A DNA stretch of 64,000 nt, from the NCBI GenBank assembly GCA_044226015.1, contig JBGAHS010000005.1:480001-544000 (forward strand). The letters are read 5' to 3'. How positions within the stretch are numbered: position 1 is the first letter of the stretch; every line of letters starts with the position of its first letter. A program made the translations under genes and the position numbers. This document shows positions 20,333 to 28,727 of this stretch, one piece after another. The notes under the pieces are model-generated. The model saw only the letters and a program-made list of their open reading frames with translations, was not told the origin of the DNA and searched no databases. This stretch comes from Candidatus Obscuribacteraceae bacterium. Lineage in GTDB: Bacteria > Cyanobacteriota > Vampirovibrionia > Obscuribacterales > Obscuribacteraceae.

Positions 20333-21016
20333 ATGTCTAGTATGGATTTTGACTTAAAAACGGGCATTTTCAGCTGCAATTGGGCTTCTGACTGGAAGAA
20401 AGTCCAGGTTAAAGTTAACCAGGCGAAAGACGCTGCTGCGTCTAGTGCCGAAAATAGTGTTACCGAAGCACTCGTTGTAAACACATTGAGAGCTGGTGAC
20501 AAACCGGAAACCATCTATTGGTTGCTTCGATATTATGTCGAGTCTAACTCGAATGGATCTTTAATCAACACTGATCGGGGCAAATCTCTCTACATCGATT
20601 GTGACCGCTTAGAAAACACGGTCTCAGTTTATGTTGGTTCAACTGAGAGTATTACCTGTATAGGTGATGAAGATGGGCTAAAGATCTATACGATGGATGT
20701 TCAAGAGAAGTATGAATATACATGGTACGCATTTCTAGGCGCTGCGCTTAAACGCCATTACAGTGCAGAAGCTATTCTTGATGAAGCACGAAGAAATGAA
20801 ATGAAATCAGAAGCAATAGTTCCAACACTATTTTTTACTATCGGAAATACTTCTTCTTGTGTTTTGCGTACCGACTGGTGCGAGACCTACAACGATGCCT
20901 TCGCTCCGTTAGAGATCTTGGGCTATGAAGGATATATAGATTCATTGCCAACGCATCATAGTGGCAATGTGGTATCAGTATTCAATATGAAATCTTCAAA
21001 AAAACGGAACAATTAG
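20333..21016 (+). CDS. Hypothetical protein
   Basis: Open frame 20225..21016, probable ATG at 20333; aromatic-rich; no motif recognised. Confidence 0.6.
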   Translation: MSSMDFDLKTGIFSCNWASDWKKVQVKVNQAKDAAASSAENSVTEALVVNTLRAGDKPETIYWLLRYYVESNSNGSLINTDRGKSLYIDCDRLENTVSVYVGSTESITCIGDEDGLKIYTMDVQEKYEYTWYAFLGAALKRHYSAEAILDEARRNEMKSEAIVPTLFFTIGNTSSCVLRTDWCETYNDAFAPLEILGYEGYIDSLPTHHSGNVVSVFNMKSSKKRNN

Positions 21017-21032
21017 ATTGCGTAAGATTGGC

Positions 21033-21485
21033 TTAAACAGCTGACTCTAGCTCTGTTAAGGCTGCGTTTACGTCTCTAAGAAATGTGTCTTCGTTGAGCA
21101 GTCGCCCGCAATATTCGTATTCAAAGTATTGTTCCAGGAAATTTAGATCATATTTGATGATCTTCAACAGCTCGTCTACGCGACTGCGAACTTTCTCATT
21201 CACAGATTGCAATTTATGTATCGTAACTAGCTTTCTCTCATCTAGATCACTGTTACTGGACATATACATATGCAGCAGGGCTATAACCCTGCTATATGCC
21301 TCTATAAGGCTGTGAAAATGATTTGCTATAGCTTTCTCTTCCAGCGTCTGTCTTTTTTGCGCTAAAAGCAAAATAGCCTCATCCATAAGCAGAATATTAG
21401 TACAAGCACGCTGGCTAAATAGCACGGCTTGTTGTAGAGGCGGCAAATCGGTTTCTATTTCTTCGTGTTCTTGAGAATTCTGCAT
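21033..21485 (-). CDS. Hypothetical helical protein
   Basis: 150-aa ORF with amphipathic helical pattern; GAGA upstream of ATG. Confidence 0.65.
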   Translation of the reverse strand: MQNSQEHEEIETDLPPLQQAVLFSQRACTNILLMDEAILLLAQKRQTLEEKAIANHFHSLIEAYSRVIALLHMYMSSNSDLDERKLVTIHKLQSVNEKVRSRVDELLKIIKYDLNFLEQYFEYEYCGRLLNEDTFLRDVNAALTELESAV

Positions 21486-21612
21486 AATCGTCTCGGGACT
21501 GGTCGGTACTAGGATAGCAGTTTCGATGCGAATTTCTCACCTGTTGTGTTTCTCCTTATTTCCGGGATAACAGCACAGATTCGGGTTCACTGAAACGCAT
21601 GGTCTATGAAAC

Positions 21613-21644
21613 AAAACCGCCGAGCCTGTGGACTCGGCGGTTTT
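21613..21644. terminator. Intrinsic terminator (bidirectional form) after the RHH gene
   Basis: AAAACCGCCGAG-cctgtgga-CTCGGCGGTTTT, 21 bp after the stop of 21666..21872. Confidence 0.85.
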
Positions 21645-21665
21645 AAGCTTTTGTACCGGCTTGCT

Positions 21666-21872
21666 CTAGGAGATTGGGCTGGTGATGGTCGATGGTGTGG
21701 ACTCGATTGTGCTAACAGTCATGTGGGACTGTTGGCTGCGTCTGAAATTATCAAGATAACGGCGAAGAGCTTCGCGTATCAAGTCAGAACGAGTTCTGTG
21801 CTCGCATTGAGCAATGAAATCGACCTGTTCCAGCATAGCTGGTGGTAGAGCAATTAGTACTTTCTTTGGCAT
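21666..21872 (-). CDS. Ribbon-helix-helix (CopG/MetJ-like) DNA-binding protein
   Basis: KKVLIALP strand followed by MLEQVDFIA...RTRSDLIREALRRYL; GGGGGA RBS; own terminator. Confidence 0.9.
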   Translation of the reverse strand: MPKKVLIALPPAMLEQVDFIAQCEHRTRSDLIREALRRYLDNFRRSQQSHMTVSTIESTPSTITSPIS

Positions 21873-22340
21873 CTGAACGTATCCCCCGCGTGTCCCAGCA
21901 CAACTAAATTAGACCCCAGCATCTGAAAGAAGTCCGGGAAGTTGTATTGACTATAATCAAATTACGTGATCGCGTACCGGCTTTTTTGAATATCGCCATC
22001 GCGATCTAACAGTAATAATTTACATGTCAAAACGATTGCCGTAAAGGGCTAGAACCCGCATAAAATCGCATTTCCTCGTAAAAACACTTAAACTGTTTTT
22101 TCATTTCTTCAAAACGTAGTCAGCACAAGAACTCGACAAAAAGTAAGCGGCTCGACATGTATGAGACTATCACTCAAAGACATATCCCCCTATATCTGGG
22201 ATATAGGCTCGCTTGCAAAAGAATCACTAGTCTTTTGAAATGATTCGTGCATATAATTTTTTTGCTACTGCCTTTGGTGGCATCGTGAACCATATATGGT
22301 TGCATCCAAAAGGCTATGCTTTGAAGGTATATTCATTACT

Positions 22341-23111
22341 ATGATTTTGGCAACTTGGAATGTGAATTCCATCAATGTGCGGCTTCCACAGCTGCTTTTA
22401 TGGCTTCAAGAAACGAAGCCGAACGTGCTTTGTTTGCAAGAAACGAAAGTCGTTGACGATAAATTTCCCGAGGCAGAATTAAAAGCTGCTGGGTACTACG
22501 TCGAGTTTGTTGGCGAAAAGTCCTACAACGGGGTGGCTATTCTCTCAGACAAGCCTCTAAGCGACGTAGAGAAGGGTTTGCAGCGGGAAGTAGGTCCCGG
22601 CTCCAAACGAATCATTAGCGCTCGCTACGAGGGCGTTCGTATTGTCGACGTCTACATTCCAAATGGCGGGGAGGTCGGCTCTGAGAAATATGCTTACAAG
22701 CTAGAGTGGATCGCCGCATTAAAAGAGCATTTTGAGCGCAGGTTTAAACCGGAAGAACAACTAGTTGTAACTGGTGATTTCAACATAGCTCCATTAGATT
22801 TAGATGTGTTTGATCCAAAAGCCTGTGCTGGCGGCATTCTTGTCAGCGAAGGTGAGAGGAAAATACTTGATGATTTCAAATCTTGGGGCTTGACAGATGT
22901 ATTTCGAGAATTGCATCCACAGGCTAAGTTGTTCTCCTGGTGGGATTACCGGATGATGGCGTTCCGCAAGAATATTGGTTTCCGAATCGATCATATTTGG
23001 GCCACGACAAGCCTTGCAAGCAAAGCCAAATCAGTTTACATCGATAAAGAACCGCGAAAATTTGAGCAACCCTCAGATCATGCACCAGTGCTTGCTGAGT
23101 TCGCGCTATAA
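22341..23111 (+). CDS. xth: Exodeoxyribonuclease III
   Basis: LATWNVNS, LCLQETK, YNGVAILS, YIPNG, GDFNIAP, FSWWDYR, GFRIDH, SDHAPV; start moved to ATG 22341. Confidence 0.95.
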   Translation: MILATWNVNSINVRLPQLLLWLQETKPNVLCLQETKVVDDKFPEAELKAAGYYVEFVGEKSYNGVAILSDKPLSDVEKGLQREVGPGSKRIISARYEGVRIVDVYIPNGGEVGSEKYAYKLEWIAALKEHFERRFKPEEQLVVTGDFNIAPLDLDVFDPKACAGGILVSEGERKILDDFKSWGLTDVFRELHPQAKLFSWWDYRMMAFRKNIGFRIDHIWATTSLASKAKSVYIDKEPRKFEQPSDHAPVLAEFAL

Positions 23112-23166
23112 CTCCGCTAAGTTCTCCTGCCTTGCGCGAAGCCCGTTTTGACTGGGTTCGCAGAAC

Positions 23167-23704
23167 TGATATTGGGTCTTATATTGATACCAGTTCATCT
23201 ATTTAGTGGTGGCACCTTGGAATCAATGGGAAAATTACGTTGCGTTTTGTTCGACAATACAACAGACTTGTTTACACGCCGCAATATTGCAACGTTTCCG
23301 CATTTCTTGTAAACGCCTGTCAGCAAGCGATTCCAAGGTGATCGCGCTTGCGGTAAAGTTAATAAACATTGCGGAACTACTTGTGGTGGCAACCGATTCA
23401 GCCAAGCTGTAGAAAACTTTTTGGGTGAGTGACGAGTCGCTATTTGAAAGGAGTTTGATTGCTCACGTATTCCTATATATAGGAATATCTTTTCGCATCA
23501 GATTTTGCAGGTTTCATACAATGTTTTGCAAAAATGGCTTGATTAGCGGAAGGAAACCGCACAACATAGGTATATACGTTGCATGCAGTTTCTGGTATCA
23601 ACAGTGGTGCCACTTCAACATCCCTTTGTGTACTTATATGGGGGCTGATCAGCAGCCGCCACCATATCTGGTATTGAATTCTGCTGAAATGCTGCCCAAT
23701 ATCA
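23167..23704 (+). ncRNA. Candidate large structured RNA or inverted-repeat element (unassigned)
   Basis: Nested long-range complementarity in a ~720-bp gap between convergent genes (see findings). Strand inferred only from G-U compatibility of one helix. Confidence 0.3.
23468..23487. promoter_or_regulatory. Perfect 20-bp palindrome TATTCCTATATATAGGAATA
   Basis: Self-reverse-complementary; core CTATATATAG fits the NrdR-box core CwAtATaTwG. Function unknown. Confidence 0.5.
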
Positions 23705-23738
23705 ACGTGTTTCAGATATGTTTACGATTGTATAGAAG

Positions 23739-23766
23739 CGAGAGCCCCCATAAATGGGGGCTCTCG
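23739..23766 (-). terminator. Probable terminator hairpin
   Basis: Perfect 12-bp stem CGAGAGCCCCCA-taaa-TGGGGGCTCTCG, ~70 bp downstream of the acyl-CoA dehydrogenase stop; weak U-tail. Confidence 0.65.
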
Positions 23767-23835
23767 GATAGTTATTCATTTCAATGAGAAACGCTCAACT
23801 TGTAGAGCTTGCAAGTTTACGATAACGAACTTGAT

Positions 23836-25740
23836 TTAGTACGGAAACATGATTTCTGCATGCTTTACGGTTGACAAACCAGGCATTCCGCCTTCAATGA
23901 TCTTTTCGGCAAGTTTACGGCAATCTTTGAAGTATTGATCTGACGGTCTTTCGCCTGTTAATTTGCGAGTAAAGTCCTGGCAGAGTATATCTGCTGCTCC
24001 CAACATTACTTCATCATTGAGCTGCTGGGCATGAAAAGCAGTAACAAGCATGGTTACAAGGTCTTGCACGCGTTGAGACATGTCCGCGATTCTGCACTGG
24101 CGGTCAGCCAGTCGCAACTGGTGGGTCACCATTGCATGGCTGAGTTCTATAGGAGAATTGCTCAGTTCGTGCAATGCGAATTCTACGTGTGGTCGCATTT
24201 TTTCATGAACTTTAACGCTGTTAGGAATTGAATGAGAGCCAGCCATTTCCTTTCCAATGCGCCAGAAGGCATATGGGAAGAGTTCATTGCGAAGGGCCAT
24301 TACATGTGCTGGATTCACAGGGTTGAAGTTCTTGATCTTTTCGCGCTCAAGCGCTTTACCAACTGGTTCAAAGAACTGAGTTCCATGTGCCTTGGCAAGA
24401 GATTTGAAGAATGCCATTCCGAGCATTTCTCCTTCTCCTTCATATATGCATGGAGCAAGGAAATCGTGCACGTTATCACCAAACATGTGACCGTGCATAA
24501 AAGAACGACCGCCATGTGTTTTCATGAAATATTCGATGGCAACTTCTTTTTGAGCTTCGCTTCCAAAGATTTTTGCGATGATGCATTCCAATTCGCCTCT
24601 GAAACCCAGGTCTAAGAGATAAGAGCCCCAGTTTACAAGAGCATCAGCCCCGCAGATTAAGGCTGCGGTTCTGGCAATTCTACGCTTGACGAGTTCTCTC
24701 GTCTCAATGGCTTGTCCATAGGTCTTGCGATATTTTGCCCAGGGCAATATGTTGGCGAGCATTAAACGCATGCTTCCAGCTGCGGTGGCACATAGTGCAA
24801 GTCGTCCTAGATTGAGACCATGGTAGGCGACTGTCAGTCCGTCGCCCACTTTAGGTTTCAGCAGGTTTTCTTTTGGAACCTTGAAGTCTTTGAAGATGAG
24901 ACCGTTATTGAAAGCATGCTTCAGCGCGTAAAGTCCATAATGAACTACCTTGAAATTCTCGTTTTCCTCTTTGGGTAATTCTGCCACCAGTGCTGATGGC
25001 TTGCCATCTACGAGGCAAACCAGCCCTACTGTGCGGCCAGGAATTGCGTTAGTAATGAAGAGCTTTTCTCCATTAACCACATAATGGTCGCCTTGAAGTA
25101 CTGCTGTCGTTTTAAGGGCGGTCAAGTCTGAACCAGCCCCTGGTTCTGTAAGAGCAAATCCTGATAATTGCTCACCAGATGCTAATTTAGGGAGATATTG
25201 TGCTTTTTGCTCTTCTGAGCCAAATGATGAAACAGGGTCGACAGCACCGATGCAGCCATGAACCGAAGCCAGTCCAGCTGTTGTGGGGTCAACCATCGCC
25301 ACACGCGTTAGAAAGTTCATGAAGTGCTGAATTGAAGCACCTTGACCGCCGTACTTGGGCGAAATCAACATTCCCCAGTACCCAGCTTTGGCCAAATCAG
25401 CGATATGCTCAGCACTCACTTTGCCTGTGGAATCATAGATGGTGCCTTTATCACGGTGGGCACGAATCGACTCGATGCAACGGTCCATCGCAGCCAGACA
25501 AGGCGCATCGGTCGTCAACGGCTTTGCAGCAAAAAGCTCGAGTGGAACTTCCTTGTCCCACACTGCCTTGTGAATAGGGCTGTTCGAGGTTTTATATTGC
25601 GGCGCGAAAAGCGATTCGACTTGATCATCTGCTTTATCTACAGCGCCAGTTCTTTTGGCTTCTTCTTCACTTTTGCCGCCAAGCCTCATTGCTGTTTCGG
25701 CAAAACTCAGTTCATTATCTTCGTTTTGAGTTGTAGTCAT
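23836..25740 (-). CDS. Acyl-CoA dehydrogenase family protein (long, ACAD9/VLCAD-like size)
   Basis: GYWGMLISPKYGG, GSEEQKAQYLPKLASG, FALTEPGAGSD, VNGEKLFITNA, LNLGRL, CIYEGEGEM (YEG motif). Confidence 0.9.
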   Translation of the reverse strand: MTTTQNEDNELSFAETAMRLGGKSEEEAKRTGAVDKADDQVESLFAPQYKTSNSPIHKAVWDKEVPLELFAAKPLTTDAPCLAAMDRCIESIRAHRDKGTIYDSTGKVSAEHIADLAKAGYWGMLISPKYGGQGASIQHFMNFLTRVAMVDPTTAGLASVHGCIGAVDPVSSFGSEEQKAQYLPKLASGEQLSGFALTEPGAGSDLTALKTTAVLQGDHYVVNGEKLFITNAIPGRTVGLVCLVDGKPSALVAELPKEENENFKVVHYGLYALKHAFNNGLIFKDFKVPKENLLKPKVGDGLTVAYHGLNLGRLALCATAAGSMRLMLANILPWAKYRKTYGQAIETRELVKRRIARTAALICGADALVNWGSYLLDLGFRGELECIIAKIFGSEAQKEVAIEYFMKTHGGRSFMHGHMFGDNVHDFLAPCIYEGEGEMLGMAFFKSLAKAHGTQFFEPVGKALEREKIKNFNPVNPAHVMALRNELFPYAFWRIGKEMAGSHSIPNSVKVHEKMRPHVEFALHELSNSPIELSHAMVTHQLRLADRQCRIADMSQRVQDLVTMLVTAFHAQQLNDEVMLGAADILCQDFTRKLTGERPSDQYFKDCRKLAEKIIEGGMPGLSTVKHAEIMFPY

Positions 25741-25950
25741 TGTCAGTAGCCGTCCATTGATGCGCCAATTCCTAGATCTGCATCATAGTATACGTTCTCC
25801 TGCGGATGCTTGCAGGATGAATGCTCGCTGTTTATCGCGTTAGTGTCGCAACAGAACTGTGACTTTCCCAGCTTAATTAATGAAAAGAATGATGAAAGAA
25901 GCTAATTTATACATCCCTTGTTCAGAGTCAGGAATAAATAGGAGGGCTTC

Positions 25951-27513
25951 ATGAGCCAGAGTCCAGTACTCGAGAATCCGCTTAAGGAAGGCATAAGAAT
26001 TGAGCGTGCCGCCGAACCTTGCGCAATGGTGATTTTTGGCGCTCACGGAGACTTGACGAAGCGAAAATTGATTCCAGCCCTCTATGCTTTGTACATCGAC
26101 GGCTTCCTGCCTCGTGAGTTTTGTGTTGTCGGCATGTCACGCACCAAGATGTCTCACGAAGACTTCCGCAAAAAAATGAAAGAGTCAATGCAGCAATTTG
26201 CTTCTGACATTGCTCTTGAGCCACAGAAGTGGGAGCGCTTCGAGTCTTGCTTGTATTATTTGCCTGGTCATTTTGATAAGGAGCACGGCTTAGACGAGCT
26301 GGCCACCTTGCTTGATGATCTTGGCAAGCAATATGGAACGAATGGAAATAACCTTTTCTATCTGTCGACTCCGCCAAGTCTCTACGATCCCATAATTGAT
26401 AGGCTTGCTGAAGCCAAGCTTGTGGAAAGTCGTCCGGGCAAGCATAGTGTCTGGCCCCGCATCATTGTTGAAAAGCCATTTGGGCGCGATTTGAACACGG
26501 CGCTTGCGCTTGATGAGCATTTGCATCGCGTTTTCAAAGAAGAACAAATTTTCCGAATCGACCATTATCTGGGCAAAGAAACCGTCCAGAACATTATGGT
26601 TTTGCGTTTTGCAAACGGAATTTTTGAGCCAATTTGGAACCGAGAACATGTGGATCATGTTCAAATCACAAATGCTGAAACCATTGGGGTAGAAGGGCGC
26701 GGAGCCTACTACGAAGAAGCTGGAAACATGCGTGACATGATTCAAAATCACATGCTTGGACTTGTTTCGCTTGTGGGAATGGAGCCTCCGATCTCTCTGG
26801 ATGCTGAAGCAATTCGTGATGAAAAAGCCAAGGTGCTTCGTTGTATTCGACCGTTCGACATGACTAAGCCTGATGAGTTCGCTGTTCGCGGGCAGTATGG
26901 TCCAGGTTATATTGCTGGACATGCGGTGCCTGGCTACAGAGAAGAAGAGGGTGTGCCACCAGATTCGCATCGCGAAACTTTCAGTGCAATGACATTGTTT
27001 ATCGACAACTGGCGTTGGGCTGGCGTACCGTTTTATGTTCGTTCTGGAAAACGTCTTGCCAAGCATGTGACTGAGATTTGCGTTCACTTCAAGAAAGCGC
27101 CGCATCGTTTGTTCAATCAAAGTTTGCATGCGGCTGCCGAAACGACAGGACCAAATATTCTTGTTATGAAGATTCAGCCAGACGAAGGTATCTCACTGAA
27201 ATTTTTGACAAAGCAACCTGGCACAACTACTAACTTGCGCTGGCTAAGTATGGATTTCAATTACGGTACTGCCTTTGGTCAACGCACACCTACAGCCTAC
27301 GAGCGCTTGATTCACGATTGCATTTCTGGCGATGCAACTTTGTTTTCTCGAAGTGATGCTGTTCAAGCATCTTGGGAATTGATCGGACCTATGGTCGATT
27401 ACTGGGACCAGAACAAAGATGTAGAGATGCCGAATTATGCTGCAGGAACCTGGGGACCTGCTGAAAGTGATTCGCTGCTGGCACGTTTCGATGACGTCTG
27501 GAGGACACTCTAA
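25951..27513 (+). CDS. zwf: Glucose-6-phosphate 1-dehydrogenase
   Basis: IFGAHGDLTKRKLIPAL, VEKPFG, RIDHYLGKETVQN, RDMIQNH, NWRWAGVPFYVRSGKR, AYERL; AGGAGG RBS. Confidence 0.97.
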   Translation: MSQSPVLENPLKEGIRIERAAEPCAMVIFGAHGDLTKRKLIPALYALYIDGFLPREFCVVGMSRTKMSHEDFRKKMKESMQQFASDIALEPQKWERFESCLYYLPGHFDKEHGLDELATLLDDLGKQYGTNGNNLFYLSTPPSLYDPIIDRLAEAKLVESRPGKHSVWPRIIVEKPFGRDLNTALALDEHLHRVFKEEQIFRIDHYLGKETVQNIMVLRFANGIFEPIWNREHVDHVQITNAETIGVEGRGAYYEEAGNMRDMIQNHMLGLVSLVGMEPPISLDAEAIRDEKAKVLRCIRPFDMTKPDEFAVRGQYGPGYIAGHAVPGYREEEGVPPDSHRETFSAMTLFIDNWRWAGVPFYVRSGKRLAKHVTEICVHFKKAPHRLFNQSLHAAAETTGPNILVMKIQPDEGISLKFLTKQPGTTTNLRWLSMDFNYGTAFGQRTPTAYERLIHDCISGDATLFSRSDAVQASWELIGPMVDYWDQNKDVEMPNYAAGTWGPAESDSLLARFDDVWRTL

Positions 27514-28697
27514 TGAATGTAGCTCAGGGGGAAAGCAAAGGAGAGGCTGTCGACTTATTTCTTGCGGGCAAATATTCGCAAGTCGATGTGCGCAAAATCG
27601 AAGGCGAACTGAGCAAGCTGTGGAATCAAGCGGCTAGCGGAGCTGATGATGATCAACAAGTCATTAGAGCATGCTCTAGCAATTTGATTCTTTATACAAA
27701 CCGTGATGATGCTGAGACGACTGATGCAAACATGCTAGATGACGTACTTTTAGCGCATCCGTCACGTGCGATTTTGACAATCTGTCGTGAATCGAATGAC
27801 AAGAAGTTAGATGCCTGGGTTTCAGCACGATGCCACCTTGCCTCTGCGGGTGGTAGCAAGCAAATCTGTTCGGAATTAATTACTGTTTTGGCTGAGGGTG
27901 AAGTCGAACCCGAGTTGATAAGCGTTATTGAGTCTCTTTTGTTAGGTGATTTACCTACATTCTTATGGTGGACTGTTGCCGATCTCAACGGTGAGAAACT
28001 GGGTCCATTCTTAAGTAGAATCAACAGGTTGATTGTCGATTCAGCATCAGCTCCATACAGTTTTAATTTCTTGCGTGGGCTCTGGCAGATTGTGGACAGT
28101 TTCGAAGGAGCGCTCGGTGTTGCAGACCTCAACTGGCGCCGTTTGCTTGGCATCAGAGCCGCTATTGCCGAAGAGTTCGAACGTGCGCCGTTTGGTCTTG
28201 AAACTTTTAAAGACATAAGAAAGGTACGTATCGCATCTTGTGGACAAGAGTTTCAAAATGACGATTGTTCGCTTCAGTCAATGTATTTTATTGGCTGGTT
28301 AGCGAGTCGCCTTGGTTGGGAAGCTCAATCTTTCGCAAAAGAAAAGGGCAGCAAAACCCCAACTAAAGCAGTTTTTGCTGCTGGAGAGCAATCGGTTGAG
28401 GTTGAGTTCTCGACACTTGAAATGCAAGAAGTTGCTGCGGGCTCTATTTACGAAGTTGAAATCGAGCTGGAATCTAATCGCTGTCTGCGAGTTTGTCGTG
28501 ACCCTGCTGGCGATACCGATAGTCTTGTGGTCATGGTCAAGGAAAACGGCGAGAGGACCAGAGAGGTTCTTGCTGAAGACAACAACAAAGACCGTGTTCA
28601 TTTGATGGGGTATGAGCTGGAAGAGCTATGTTGTGACAAGCTTTTCGCGCCGGCGCTGGAAAGTGCCTACCAGCTATTGCATCTATTAGAAGAATAG
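27513..28697 (+). CDS. opcA: G6PDH assembly/activator protein OpcA
   Basis: TAATG overlap with zwf; IEGELSKLW, HPSRAI, QICSELI, LLLGDLPTFLWW, DLNWRRL, FIGWLASRLGW. Confidence 0.88.
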   Translation: MNVAQGESKGEAVDLFLAGKYSQVDVRKIEGELSKLWNQAASGADDDQQVIRACSSNLILYTNRDDAETTDANMLDDVLLAHPSRAILTICRESNDKKLDAWVSARCHLASAGGSKQICSELITVLAEGEVEPELISVIESLLLGDLPTFLWWTVADLNGEKLGPFLSRINRLIVDSASAPYSFNFLRGLWQIVDSFEGALGVADLNWRRLLGIRAAIAEEFERAPFGLETFKDIRKVRIASCGQEFQNDDCSLQSMYFIGWLASRLGWEAQSFAKEKGSKTPTKAVFAAGEQSVEVEFSTLEMQEVAAGSIYEVEIELESNRCLRVCRDPAGDTDSLVVMVKENGERTREVLAEDNNKDRVHLMGYELEELCCDKLFAPALESAYQLLHLLEE

Positions 28698-28727
28698 GTT
28701 TCAGGCATCCAACAAACTGGAGACAAA

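Noticed and set aside
21925..21940. GAAAGAAGTCCGGG resembling the RNase P RNA 5' conserved motif
   Set aside because: It does not match GAGGAAAGTCC, and I found no matching 3' motif at a suitable distance.
23640..23664. GGGGCTG...CAGCCGCCACCA resembles tmRNA or tRNA-Ala ends
   Set aside because: The two halves are only 5 nt apart, with no T-arm (GTTCGA), no G3:U70 pair and no tag ORF.
23112..23835. oriC interpretation, and the short ORFs 23195..23392, 23206..23412 and 23425..23787
   Set aside because: I noticed only one near-DnaA box (TTTTCTACA, minus strand ~23408-16) and no dnaA/dnaN nearby. The ORFs have non-ATG starts, atypical composition and no motifs.
26290..27129. 279-aa antisense ORF within zwf, and similar shadows in acnA, the AKR gene and opcA
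   Set aside because: They fully overlap well-supported genes on the opposite strand and have no motifs.
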